NCBI GenBank assembly: GCA_016214555.1 | Contig: JACROF010000012.1 | Coordinates: 4,343-68,342 of the forward strand | Reading direction: 5' to 3' | Length of the DNA stretch: 64,000 bases | Origin: Candidatus Levyibacteriota bacterium | GTDB lineage: Bacteria > Patescibacteriota > Microgenomatia > Levybacterales > UBA12049 | Part shown: positions 10,538 to 20,452 of the stretch, piece after piece | Layout of the letters: the number at the start of each line of letters is the position of its first letter | Position numbering within the stretch: the stretch's first letter is position 1 | Translations under genes and position numbers: made by a program | The notes under the pieces: model-generated | Databases searched by the model: none | Seen by the model: the letters and a program-made list of their open reading frames with translations, nothing else | Told to the model about the DNA's origin: nothing

Positions 10538-11674
10538 ATGCCCACACGTAAAAATAGACAGATAGGTAAGTTCTTAAAACTTCTCCTTCTTTTAATTCTT
10601 ATTGGCGTTGTCCTAAAGATCTTGTTGCTGGTTATTACTTATGCGCCTGTTGCATATCAGTTGGCTTTTGATAAAAAAATATCTCTAAAAAAAGTAGCTG
10701 ATGAGAGGATTAATGTGCTACTCCTTGGTATTGGGGGAGGAAATCATGACGGGCCAAATTTAACAGATACGATTATTTTTACAAGTATTGATCCGAAAAA
10801 TAAAAAAATTACAATGATTACTCTCCCTCGAGATCTTTGGATACAAGATTTGAATTCTAAGATTAACAAAGCATACTCAGATGGTCAGGAAAATGGGAAA
10901 GGACTTGTTCTTGCAAAAGCAGCTGTTGGAAAAGTTTTAGGACAAAAAATTGATTATGGTTTTCGTATCGATTTTAACGGTTTTACTAAAGCAGTTGATA
11001 TGATGGGAGGGCTTGATGTGACGGTTGAAAGAGCATTCGATGACTATGCATATCCCTTGAGTGGGAAAGAGGATGATCTTTGTGGCTATGAAGAGATAGC
11101 TATTGCTAGTTTTTCTGCCCAAATTGCGACAGGTAGTGCAACTGATGCAGATATATTTCCTTGTAGATTTGAACATCTCCATTTTGACAAAGGGCTTTTG
11201 CATATGAACGGAGAGACAGCCTTAAAATATGTTCGATCACGTCACGCTCTCGGACCTGAGGGGTCTGACTTTGCTCGCTCAAAAAGACAAGAGAAAGTCA
11301 TAAGTGCGTTTAAAGAAAAAGTTTTTTCTGCTGGGACACTTCTTAATCCATTAAAATTAGTAAGTCTTTTTGACACCTTTCAGTCAAGTATAGATACTGA
11401 TATTAAGAAAGATGAGTATGATGATTTTGTAAAACTTGCCAACAAAATGAGGGGAGCAATAACAAAAAATTATGTTATCGATACTGGGGATGAGGAAGCA
11501 GATCGACCGGCACTTCTTTATAATCCTCCCCTTACTCCAGATAGATTTGGTGGTGCATGGGTTTTGATTCCAAAAAAAGGAGAGAGTAATTACTCAGAGA
11601 TACAAAATTATGTGAAGTGCTTGGTGGAAAATAGTGGTTGCCTAGCTACTCCTACGCCAATAAGTAAAAAATAA
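10538..11674 (+). CDS. LytR-CpsA-Psr (LCP) family cell-envelope phosphotransferase
   Basis: N-terminal TM; INVLLLGIGGG...LTDTIIFTSIDPKNKKITMITLPRDLW LCP core motif. Confidence 0.7.
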   Translation: MPTRKNRQIGKFLKLLLLLILIGVVLKILLLVITYAPVAYQLAFDKKISLKKVADERINVLLLGIGGGNHDGPNLTDTIIFTSIDPKNKKITMITLPRDLWIQDLNSKINKAYSDGQENGKGLVLAKAAVGKVLGQKIDYGFRIDFNGFTKAVDMMGGLDVTVERAFDDYAYPLSGKEDDLCGYEEIAIASFSAQIATGSATDADIFPCRFEHLHFDKGLLHMNGETALKYVRSRHALGPEGSDFARSKRQEKVISAFKEKVFSAGTLLNPLKLVSLFDTFQSSIDTDIKKDEYDDFVKLANKMRGAITKNYVIDTGDEEADRPALLYNPPLTPDRFGGAWVLIPKKGESNYSEIQNYVKCLVENSGCLATPTPISKK

Positions 11675-11702
11675 ACCCCCAAATAGCAAGCCAATTGGGG
11701 GT
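11675..11702. terminator. GC-rich hairpin downstream of the LCP gene (ACCCCCAAAT-loop-AATTGGGGGT)
   Basis: about 10-bp stem with one mismatch, 8-nt loop, immediately after the stop codon; no clear T-run on the plus strand. Confidence 0.35.
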
Positions 11703-11718
11703 ATGATAATCAATGAGA

Positions 11719-11958
11719 TTACTCTTTATGAGTAAGCCCCAGGTGAACAAGTTTTTCAAGCTCTCCCTCAAGGGCAATAAGGCGAGGCAAGAATCTTCCA
11801 TCTTGATTGTCCCACCAGATCTCAACGCTATTTGCCAGCATTGGTAGATCGTTTTCTCTCAGAGTAGAAATCACATATGCTATTCGTTTTTCGAAGGGTT
11901 TTTGTGCACTTCGAATTGCTCGACGAACGGCTATTTCTGCAAGTTGGAGAAGACTCAA
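11719..11958 (-). CDS. hypothetical small protein in a 354-bp convergent intergenic region
   Basis: 79-aa ORF, non-repetitive, locally higher GC; no homolog recognised. Confidence 0.25.
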   Translation of the reverse strand: MSLLQLAEIAVRRAIRSAQKPFEKRIAYVISTLRENDLPMLANSVEIWWDNQDGRFLPRLIALEGELEKLVHLGLTHKE

Positions 11959-12028
11959 CCTCTTGCCTTTCTTTCATTTATGCGGTCACTTGATCGCAAC
12001 TGGAGGAGATTATAGCAAATATATGTAT

Positions 12029-14248
12029 TTATATCGACATGCGATAGATTATCGTTGCCCCGCTTTGATAAACGACTTTCCCAAGAGTCTTAAAAACAGC
12101 TTCATTAACTGTATATTTTTCATGTTCTAAATTTCCTATGAAAACGTATTGAACTTTATATTTTTTTAACAAAACTAGCGTTTTTTTAATGTCTTTTGAC
12201 TCATACATCTGTTTGATCTCCTCAATTCGAGGAGCTGGGACGTCATATGTTCCTCGCCACAACCATTCATGTACTGTCCAACCAAGAATAGTTGGTAAGC
12301 CAGTGTTTGTTGAGACTCTTGCATAGTCAGTGTAGGAATCTCCTTGAGCCTCAAGAATTACTGGTTGTCCTGAAATATGCTCCTTCATCCATGCAATAGC
12401 TTTTGCATCATCAGGATATCTATCACTAAGATATCTAACGCCATTGAGTCCTTGGTGGTTGTTAAAGTTACCGTAATAAGAGCTCACTGCATAATATGGA
12501 TAAACGAAAACAAGTGAGAGAAGAAGAAGGGTTGTAGTAAAAAATAACATATAGGCAATTTTTGCAGATTTACTTGTCTGTGTTTTAAGAAAATGCATGA
12601 TGCGACTGATGCTATATCCGCTAACGAGCGAAAGCATGATAAAAGCTTGGAAAACAAGTTTAAACATGGTATTTGCTCTGTAATGAGCAGGGTATATATC
12701 TTTTGCATACATAAATTCAGGAATAATGATTAGTATTGTTGAAAGTGCAAAAATCATAAAAATAAAAATATCCGAGGCGTATCGTTTTGTTATTTTTTTA
12801 AGAGTAACCATAAGTGAAATTGCAAAAAAATAGAAAAAACCATATAGAACAAAAAGTTGCCATAATGGTGATTTTTGACAATGGTCTGTCTCAAAAAGAA
12901 ATGGACCAATTTGGCCCTTGGTAACAAGAAAATTAGGAGCACACAAGATACCGATCCCTGACACGAATGGCTTGAAGAATAATGAAAAAGGTAATGAAAA
13001 TATCACAAAACAACCGGCAAGAAATATTATCAAAGGAAATACTTTTGCACTTACAGATATGATCGATGACAGAAGTATTTTTTTATTTGTGAGCGACTCA
13101 TACTGTTGATATGCGAGAAGCATTATCGCCAATAAAAAATAGATTAGACCATCCCATGCATTGGTCATGTACATGCAGGCGAGAAAAAAGCCGAGAGTAA
13201 TAAGAGGTATCGATTGAGAAAAATGTACAGTTATTTTCTTTTTAAATAAAGATATTGAAAGTTTTTTTGTTGGGTTTTGTTTTTTGCTACTAATAAGAAG
13301 TGAAAATATGTAGGCAAGCGTTAGGAGAACAAATGGTATGTCTGTTACGTGTCCATGAAGATCTGAGACTGTCCAAGAGTACATAGGAAATTCATGGATT
13401 GTATTGTGAATAAACCTTGTAGCATTAGGATACCAATAGGAGTTGGGGAATGAGGACGGAGAAAATGCGAGACTCCACATGGGGATGGGATGATCATTTT
13501 CGTATGGTTTAAAAAAGGTATAGAGTGTATGAAGATTTCCAGAAAATGTCACGATGCATGCAGTGAGAATCCCTGCAACAATTATTTTGAATAAATATTT
13601 TTTTTGAATGAATTGGTTATAAAGATTTGCAGCAAGAGAAAAACTACCGACAAAGGTTAATCCTGCAAGTGTTGCTATCATGAGGTTGTAGGTGTATTCA
13701 GACTTAAGAAGTGATAATTTTGTCAGAACAGCCGTAATGAAATGGCCAAAATAATAATAGTTAATAGAAAAAGGAGTAAGCCACATGTCTTTTGGTGGGA
13801 AAAAATCACTACGTAAAATAGAATTAACAAATCCATAATCCATAAATTTTTCCAAGCCATTAATTTCAGGTGAATAAGAACGGATGAATGCCCAGATAAA
13901 AAGGATAACAATAAACAATATTTCTTCAACAACTATCCATCTCCACTGTGTTTTTAGTATTCTAGGTATAGAAATTATTTTTTTAGGATATTTTTGAGAA
14001 AGAAATATTTCTCCAGTAAGAATCAAAGCTGCTATAAGAAAAAGGCTTGCAAAAGAAAAGGGTAATATATGAAGAGTTCCAAAAAGGAGCATGAGATATG
14101 AGACTAAAAGTATTCCGAGACTTTTGCTGAATGCATAACCTTTATCTATAAAATGGTTAAAAAGAACCCCAGTCAAAGGAAGTGTGATAATGCCAACAAG
14201 GAAAATAGTTACCCACCATTGCAGCGTGATAATGAAGTCTATTGTCAT
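12029..14248 (-). CDS. large polytopic membrane protein with C-terminal soluble domain (DUF2298/YYY-like putative glycosyltransferase)
   Basis: 739 aa; about 14 TM helices then about 170-aa soluble tail containing LPTILGWTVHEWLWRG. Confidence 0.4.
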   Translation of the reverse strand: MTIDFIITLQWWVTIFLVGIITLPLTGVLFNHFIDKGYAFSKSLGILLVSYLMLLFGTLHILPFSFASLFLIAALILTGEIFLSQKYPKKIISIPRILKTQWRWIVVEEILFIVILFIWAFIRSYSPEINGLEKFMDYGFVNSILRSDFFPPKDMWLTPFSINYYYFGHFITAVLTKLSLLKSEYTYNLMIATLAGLTFVGSFSLAANLYNQFIQKKYLFKIIVAGILTACIVTFSGNLHTLYTFFKPYENDHPIPMWSLAFSPSSFPNSYWYPNATRFIHNTIHEFPMYSWTVSDLHGHVTDIPFVLLTLAYIFSLLISSKKQNPTKKLSISLFKKKITVHFSQSIPLITLGFFLACMYMTNAWDGLIYFLLAIMLLAYQQYESLTNKKILLSSIISVSAKVFPLIIFLAGCFVIFSLPFSLFFKPFVSGIGILCAPNFLVTKGQIGPFLFETDHCQKSPLWQLFVLYGFFYFFAISLMVTLKKITKRYASDIFIFMIFALSTILIIIPEFMYAKDIYPAHYRANTMFKLVFQAFIMLSLVSGYSISRIMHFLKTQTSKSAKIAYMLFFTTTLLLLSLVFVYPYYAVSSYYGNFNNHQGLNGVRYLSDRYPDDAKAIAWMKEHISGQPVILEAQGDSYTDYARVSTNTGLPTILGWTVHEWLWRGTYDVPAPRIEEIKQMYESKDIKKTLVLLKKYKVQYVFIGNLEHEKYTVNEAVFKTLGKVVYQSGATIIYRMSI

Positions 14249-14790
14249 TGTAAGTCTACTATTTCAGAGAGTTTTGAAATCTGCTTGATGTTATCTGGAA
14301 GCGATTGAGTACTTAATCCTTGGTGGTACCAATAGAATTTGATGTTCTTATTCTTTTTGGCTACATAAGTAAGGAGGTGAAGGTCATCATCTATGTAAAT
14401 ATCCAAATCTAGCATTTTTAGTATCCGATTTTTGAAAAGATGCGGCTGCTCATTATTGAAATTAAAATACATGTTCTCAAAAATTTTATGTAGCCCTAAT
14501 CTCTTTACAAGAGAGAGAGTTTGTTTTTCAAGAAAGCCAAATCTACTAGAGATTAAAAAAAGCTTATTTTTTTTCCTGTTCAGACTTTGGAGAAAAGTAA
14601 TATTTTCTTTAATTGGTGGTCTGAGGTAGTGATTGTGTGAGATTTTGCGAAAGAACTGTTCAGGATGAGATGGAATTCTGTAGAGTAGCTCCCTTTCATC
14701 TTTTTTTCGATAAAGCCTATCAATGAGAGAATCTGGAATCAATGGAGGATAATCAACAAAAATTTTATCTAAGTCAAAACCAATATTCAT
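14245..14790 (-). CDS. HAD-superfamily hydrolase (5'(3')-deoxyribonucleotidase-like)
   Basis: N-terminal FDLDKI DxD motif, later KLFLISSR and DDD motifs. Confidence 0.45.
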   Translation of the reverse strand: MNIGFDLDKIFVDYPPLIPDSLIDRLYRKKDERELLYRIPSHPEQFFRKISHNHYLRPPIKENITFLQSLNRKKNKLFLISSRFGFLEKQTLSLVKRLGLHKIFENMYFNFNNEQPHLFKNRILKMLDLDIYIDDDLHLLTYVAKKNKNIKFYWYHQGLSTQSLPDNIKQISKLSEIVDLQ

Positions 14791-15824
14791 ATTCGAGAAA
14801 TAATGTTGAGGAGTCTAAAATTCCAGCTAGCACGATGAGTGTCTCCTGTTTTGCTATGAATTTTGTTTCTATTCTTCTTGTACCATAGATAGCTCTCCAG
14901 TAAAAGCTCCTTGTTTGATTTTTTTGGGGTCCAGTGTAAAAGTTTTTGAGCTTTTTCTATGGATACATAAGATGGTATAGGCATTGTTTTATAATGCCAT
15001 GCGGCGATAGGTGAAAGATTCAGCACTTCAAGTATTTTGAGAATTACTTGAGAAGGGATAACTGGAAGGCCTGTAATTTTTGATTGAGATTTTTCAGATT
15101 TGATGATAAAACTTAAATCTTTTCTCCACGTTTGATATTCTTTTGCGCCAATATTAAATATTTCATTTGTAACATCGCTTATTAATGCCTTGTAAATAGC
15201 ATCTGCAACATCAGAAACGGCTAGGAGTTGGTATTTGTTGTTTCCTTTACCGAGCACAAAAACTCTTCTACCTGTATATATCGCTTCAAACCACAGAGAA
15301 AATACGCCTAATCTTTCTGGTCCTAAAAAAGTTTTGGGACGAATAATATTTATATCCAGGCCTTTTTGTATAAATTCTTTACAAAGATGCTCAGCAAGCA
15401 ATTTCGATTGTCCATATTGTCCAATTGGCTCCATAGGACTTTCCTCAGTCTCTGGAAGATGCTTTGGGATACCATAGAGGGCTGTTGTAGAAATAAAAAC
15501 TAGCCTTTTAACGCTCGCTTCGCTTGCTGCCTCTAAAACTCTTTTTGTTCCATTGACATTAACACTATAAATTTTCTGCTTTGTTCTTTGAATGGGTAAT
15601 GCAGCTGCTGCATGAATAACATGAGTTACGTTTTTCATTGCGGAGTTGATGTCGTTTTTTTTCCTCACATCTCCTTTAATAAACTCTACATTTCCAATCA
15701 AATCTTTGGCATCAAGTGGGGCTATGTCAAAAAGGGTTACCTTAAAATCCTTTTTAAGCAGCAATCTGGCAACATGAACTCCTAGAAATCCGGAGCCGCC
15801 TGTAATTAAGACATGGGGCCTCAT
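14787..15824 (-). CDS. NAD-dependent epimerase/dehydratase (SDR family)
   Basis: N-terminal ITGGSGFLGVHVARLL Rossmann motif, YxxxK-type catalytic region; 345 aa. Confidence 0.75.
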   Translation of the reverse strand: MRPHVLITGGSGFLGVHVARLLLKKDFKVTLFDIAPLDAKDLIGNVEFIKGDVRKKNDINSAMKNVTHVIHAAAALPIQRTKQKIYSVNVNGTKRVLEAASEASVKRLVFISTTALYGIPKHLPETEESPMEPIGQYGQSKLLAEHLCKEFIQKGLDINIIRPKTFLGPERLGVFSLWFEAIYTGRRVFVLGKGNNKYQLLAVSDVADAIYKALISDVTNEIFNIGAKEYQTWRKDLSFIIKSEKSQSKITGLPVIPSQVILKILEVLNLSPIAAWHYKTMPIPSYVSIEKAQKLLHWTPKKSNKELLLESYLWYKKNRNKIHSKTGDTHRASWNFRLLNIISRI

Positions 15825-15873
15825 AGAAGGTTATTGTAGCGTGTGGTTTTTCTTGATACAAGAAGTAAACCAT

Positions 15874-17568
15874 CTATTTATTCATATTCTTAAAGATAGT
15901 GACAACTGGGTGATCATAGACACTAAATGATTCATCAAGATTTTGGTCATTTAGCTCAAGAGTAGTGAATGGGATTGTAGCAAAGGATGAGAATTCTGCA
16001 ACTTTTTTGTATCCAAGCTTTCCTTTAAATAGGTCATCATAGTATTTAGCAGTTTCTTTGTAACATCTGCCTTTGGGTAGATTTTGGCAGTCAATAAGCT
16101 TGCTAAGTGGCTTATAAAGTCTGCTTGATGAAAGGATTAGGTAGTCACTTTTTTGTAAGGATGATGCAATAATGCTCCATTTCAATGGTGAGTCTGGCTC
16201 ATAAAGTGCAAGAGTCTCGTATTGATAATCGCTTGCGTTAAATAAAGGAAGGGAGTCATCCCAATGCTCAACTGCTATAGTGCTTGAGGAAGGGATGTTT
16301 TTTGTAATCCATATACTAGCCTCATATCGCGTGAAAGGTTTTGTATAGATTGACATAAAGGAGATTGGCCAGGTAAGTACGCCAATAAGAAAAATACATG
16401 CAAGAACCATTTTAGGAGACTTCAGTTTTATAAAAATCTGATAACTTACAAGGCCACCGAAGAGGCAAAGAATTGGATATAGAGGTAGTATATACCTGAT
16501 AAATCCTACAGCAAATTTTCCAACAATTAAAAAATAACTCAAAAAAAAGATCAGAAGTATTAGCTCTTGTTTTTTAAAAAGTCCAGCCTTTTTTGTCTTG
16601 ATATCAATTGCTCTTTTGATAATTCCAAAAAAGCATGTTAAGGCAAGAATTGGACCCATCCCTACAAAAAATACTTGAGTGAGTTCGTAAATATAGGGAA
16701 TCTTTCCTACGTATTGAAGCGTGTAAGGGAAAGTAAAAGCGTTTTTTGTCATTTGCGCTTGGGCTAGAGTTTGCTGCCAAAATTCAGGAAAAGCAATAAG
16801 CACATATGGTTGAAAAACAAAAAATAACAATACTGTCATAGCTCCTGTTGCAAGAAAATAAAGAATAAGTTTTTTCAAAAATGAAGGAACGTGGGCGATC
16901 CAGCTCTTAGGGTGAGGGCTTTTCTTAATGATTAGTAAAAAATCAATGGAGAGGGCGAAGAGAAAAGATACAATCAGTACTGTCGCACTAATTTTTGTTG
17001 AGAGAGACGCTGCAAGACTTGCTCCAATAAGGAGGCTTAATTTTAGAGAAGGATTCTCATAAAAACGTATGAGAAGATATAGCGTGAGAAGTATAAAAAA
17101 AGAAAGTAATGTATCAACTGCATAAAAACGAGAGAGTTGTATTGGCAATACACTTATTCCATAAAAAAAGGCAGCCAGAGCTCCAACTTTATTATTCCAA
17201 AGACGCCTACCAATGAAAAAGACGAGAGACAATATTCCAAGGTCAGCAAAAAGAGAAATAGCTCTTCCAATAATTGTCAAATAGTCATAAGAGAAATATT
17301 CTGGTTTAAAAATGGCAATAAGTTTTCCCACAAAGTAAAGCATGTAGAGAGGTAGTGATCCATATGCAAAAAAATGGGGATTCCAGGTGCTGTTCGGGTT
17401 AAAAAAATCAGCTACTGTTTTTGGAAAAGAAAGTTGATTTGTAAATAGGATTATAGCTCTCTCATCCGGATGCATATGAAATCCATGATCCCAATTTATG
17501 CCATATACTCTCATAAGCCCTGAAGCTATAAAAATTGTGATAAATAAAATCTTGCTATTATTTTTCAT
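15874..17568 (-). CDS. GT-C-fold membrane glycosyltransferase-like protein, paralog A (PMT/ArnT-like)
   Basis: 564 aa, polytopic; first-loop HPDER motif and NPHFFAYGSLPLYM shared with the adjacent paralog. Confidence 0.5.
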   Translation of the reverse strand: MKNNSKILFITIFIASGLMRVYGINWDHGFHMHPDERAIILFTNQLSFPKTVADFFNPNSTWNPHFFAYGSLPLYMLYFVGKLIAIFKPEYFSYDYLTIIGRAISLFADLGILSLVFFIGRRLWNNKVGALAAFFYGISVLPIQLSRFYAVDTLLSFFILLTLYLLIRFYENPSLKLSLLIGASLAASLSTKISATVLIVSFLFALSIDFLLIIKKSPHPKSWIAHVPSFLKKLILYFLATGAMTVLLFFVFQPYVLIAFPEFWQQTLAQAQMTKNAFTFPYTLQYVGKIPYIYELTQVFFVGMGPILALTCFFGIIKRAIDIKTKKAGLFKKQELILLIFFLSYFLIVGKFAVGFIRYILPLYPILCLFGGLVSYQIFIKLKSPKMVLACIFLIGVLTWPISFMSIYTKPFTRYEASIWITKNIPSSSTIAVEHWDDSLPLFNASDYQYETLALYEPDSPLKWSIIASSLQKSDYLILSSSRLYKPLSKLIDCQNLPKGRCYKETAKYYDDLFKGKLGYKKVAEFSSFATIPFTTLELNDQNLDESFSVYDHPVVTIFKNMNK

Positions 17569-19171
17569 AGTTAATTTTGAAAATCATAACTGTTGGTCTA
17601 TCAAAAACATTAACTGTCTGCTCAGGGCCAAAAATTGGATCAAAGGAGTAGGCAATCTTGCACCAAAAGTCGCAAGGCGTCTCATAGATTTTTTTATATG
17701 TAGTTGAGTTGTCTATTTGTTTATATATCTTGTTTCCTTTTGGAAAATGGACAGGGTCATGTAAGCGGGTTTGATATAGTCTTTGACTAGGTAGTACAAG
17801 ATAATCAGATTGTGCAATTTTGTCTTTATATATTGTTAGTGTTGCATCAGGAGAATTATTTTCTAGATCATAAAAGTTAAAAAGCTCAACTGATGGATAA
17901 TATTGATTAAAAGGAATGATGCCAAGGTCATAAATCTCAGAAAGAATTTTTTTATTTGTTGGTATATTTATTTTCGCAAATGTAACCGCCTCAATTCTTG
18001 TGTCTTTTTCAAGGTATACAGTTTTTACAAATGAAAAAGCAAAAACAAGATTAAGCACTCCCGCTATGCCCCCTAAAAATATAAGTGTTTTTTTATTTTT
18101 CTTACTACTCTCATAAATAATTATTGCCGTTAATGAAAGCATGAGATAGATAAAAGGAAGGGTAGGAACAAAGTATCTTGTCCATTGTGCGAAGAGAAAT
18201 GTTTGTGACAGAAATGATGTAAAAAAGAAAATAAGAAGATAGACTAGTTCAATGTTAAATTTTTTAGTAAGAGTGATTATGAGAACTGCTATAGATAATG
18301 GAATTAAAACAGTATGAATTGGGTTAACTAGATGAGGATAGATTTTTAAAAAAGGGAAGACAATTGGAGTTGCGGTTAAAAATTCTCCAGTATAAAAAAC
18401 TACGATCTTTCCAAGAGCTACATTTGATTCATAGGTAATACTATTTATGAAAGAGCGGGTATCAAGAAATGTGAATGGATTAGTAATGCTATAAAAAATA
18501 GCAGCAGACAATAGTGCACCTCCAGCTATAAGAGATTTCTTAATAAGAGTATAATTTTTTTGAAAAAAGATAAGACTAATAAAAGGTAAATAGATTACGC
18601 TTGAAATTTTTACACCGATGAGAACTGAAAGGCTAAAGGCAAGAAGTAAGGCATGAGCCAGTGAGGGGCTTTTTTGATAGAGGAGAACGCTTAAGAATAA
18701 GAGAGCCAAAAAAAATGTTAGCCACATTTCAAATGTCCCAAAATGTGCATACTGAATCATACCTACTCCTGTTGAGGTAATGTATGCGGAAATGATTCCT
18801 GCACTTTTATTTTTTAATAGAGCTCCTATTTTATAGACCAATAGAATTGTTCCACATGAAAATAGAAATGAAAAAAATCTTAAAATTACGACCGCATCCT
18901 CAAATCCTACTTTGTTTGGAGAAATTACCTCTTGTGAGAAAAGGTTTTTTACAAGTCCTAAAAAGAACGTTACATAAATAGGTAGTGATCCATATGCAAA
19001 AAAATGTGGGTTCAATTGATCTGGAAATCTCATTCCAGAAATTGCGTTTGCAATATTTCGCTCATCAGGGTGAAAGAAAAAAGGCGACCCCCAGAAGAGA
19101 TTTACAGCTCTTAAGATCGTCCCTAAAACAACAATAGCTATAAGTGCCTTGTAAGAAAAAGTTTTTTGCAT
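17558..19171 (-). CDS. GT-C-fold membrane glycosyltransferase-like protein, paralog B
   Basis: 537 aa; HPDERNIANAI...NPHFFAYGSLPIYV; same topology as 15874..17568. Confidence 0.5.
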   Translation of the reverse strand: MQKTFSYKALIAIVVLGTILRAVNLFWGSPFFFHPDERNIANAISGMRFPDQLNPHFFAYGSLPIYVTFFLGLVKNLFSQEVISPNKVGFEDAVVILRFFSFLFSCGTILLVYKIGALLKNKSAGIISAYITSTGVGMIQYAHFGTFEMWLTFFLALLFLSVLLYQKSPSLAHALLLAFSLSVLIGVKISSVIYLPFISLIFFQKNYTLIKKSLIAGGALLSAAIFYSITNPFTFLDTRSFINSITYESNVALGKIVVFYTGEFLTATPIVFPFLKIYPHLVNPIHTVLIPLSIAVLIITLTKKFNIELVYLLIFFFTSFLSQTFLFAQWTRYFVPTLPFIYLMLSLTAIIIYESSKKNKKTLIFLGGIAGVLNLVFAFSFVKTVYLEKDTRIEAVTFAKINIPTNKKILSEIYDLGIIPFNQYYPSVELFNFYDLENNSPDATLTIYKDKIAQSDYLVLPSQRLYQTRLHDPVHFPKGNKIYKQIDNSTTYKKIYETPCDFWCKIAYSFDPIFGPEQTVNVFDRPTVMIFKINYEK

Positions 19172-19174
19172 AAT

Positions 19175-20452
19175 CTAGGAGGTGGCTATCTTTGCGATTT
19201 TTTCTCCTAACTCAACTGCATAATTTGTTCCCCTATCCCACGGATATACTTGTTCGATATTTGCCAAAAATGTATGAGGTAGCGGAGTCTTAAAAGGAGG
19301 GATGAGTTTGGAATAATTTGTGGGAATGATCGGTTGTGCGAAAGGAGCTCTAAATACATCATAGGAGATGATATTTTTTTGATAATCAGGATTTATTTTC
19401 TTAAGTAAAGGATCATATCTTTTTAAGAGATTTTTTTTGTCCATTATAAAAAGTTCGCTATGAGGATCTGGGTAATTTCCAACATATACGATGTGTTCAT
19501 TGTTGAAATGTTTTTTATTCATAAGATTTGTGTGCTCTACAACCACCATTACTGGAGCATCTTTTTCGCATATGCTTAACCAGTATGTGTTGTCCTCAAG
19601 CATGTGTTTTTTCAATCTCAGGATCATATTTGTCGCACCCAACCCTCTCAGTCTTACTAATGTTTCTTTATAGCTTTCAGGAAGGTCTGGTGCAATTTTG
19701 AGAAAAAGAAAAGAGGGAAGAGTTACGATTATTCGATCGAATTTTTCAGTCTTTTCTTTGTTGTTTTTTACATAGGTTATTTGAGCGGTTTGACTATCTG
19801 AGAGATTAATTATTTCAGAATTATAGTTGATGACTCCCCCACCATTGCGGATTTTTGACGCAAGAGCATTGGCAAATTTTAGAAATCCTCCTTCTGGATA
19901 AGCAAGAGAAGGAGTTCTCTTGTAGATTCTTGTCCAGAACCAAACAAGTGAAATTTCTGTTGCATATTTTCCCATTTTATTTTTAAGTTGTGGTTCCCAG
20001 AGCATAGAGAAAGCTTTCTCACCCATTGTTTTTTTAAGAAATGAAATGGCATTTATTTTTTCAAGTGGACGCCAAAAAGGATTTAGCTTTAGAAAGGCAA
20101 GGATAAAGCTCATGCGAAGCTTGTCAAGGAGGGGGAGTTTGGGAAAAGAGAGAATTGCCAAGGGCGAATCTAGTTGATAGCTTTTTCCATCCAAGAAAAC
20201 TGAGGTTTTTGGTCTTTTAATTATTACTGGAAAATCAATTTCGTGGGCTAAATTTAGTATATGATTATCGTTTGTGAACCAGTGGTGATAGTGTTTTTCT
20301 AGAGTCCAGTTCCATTCCTTTTCTTTATAGCCAAGAGCAAGCCCTCCAGGATTTGGGTCTTTTTCAAAAATAGTTACCTTATGGCCATTTTTTTGTAGAT
20401 AAAAAGCTGCAGATAGGCCCGTAAAGCCGGCGCCGATTATACCTATTTTCAT
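19175..20452 (-). CDS. FAD/NAD(P)-binding oxidoreductase (amine-oxidase / protoporphyrinogen-oxidase-like fold)
   Basis: N-terminal MKIGIIGAGFTGLSAAFYL dinucleotide-binding motif; 425 aa. Confidence 0.6.
   Translation of the reverse strand: MKIGIIGAGFTGLSAAFYLQKNGHKVTIFEKDPNPGGLALGYKEKEWNWTLEKHYHHWFTNDNHILNLAHEIDFPVIIKRPKTSVFLDGKSYQLDSPLAILSFPKLPLLDKLRMSFILAFLKLNPFWRPLEKINAISFLKKTMGEKAFSMLWEPQLKNKMGKYATEISLVWFWTRIYKRTPSLAYPEGGFLKFANALASKIRNGGGVINYNSEIINLSDSQTAQITYVKNNKEKTEKFDRIIVTLPSFLFLKIAPDLPESYKETLVRLRGLGATNMILRLKKHMLEDNTYWLSICEKDAPVMVVVEHTNLMNKKHFNNEHIVYVGNYPDPHSELFIMDKKNLLKRYDPLLKKINPDYQKNIISYDVFRAPFAQPIIPTNYSKLIPPFKTPLPHTFLANIEQVYPWDRGTNYAVELGEKIAKIATS

Noticed and set aside
11807-12130. 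107-aa plus-strand ORF overlapping the 3' end of the 739-aa membrane protein gene
   Set aside because: Antisense overlap with a well-supported long gene and no recognisable features.
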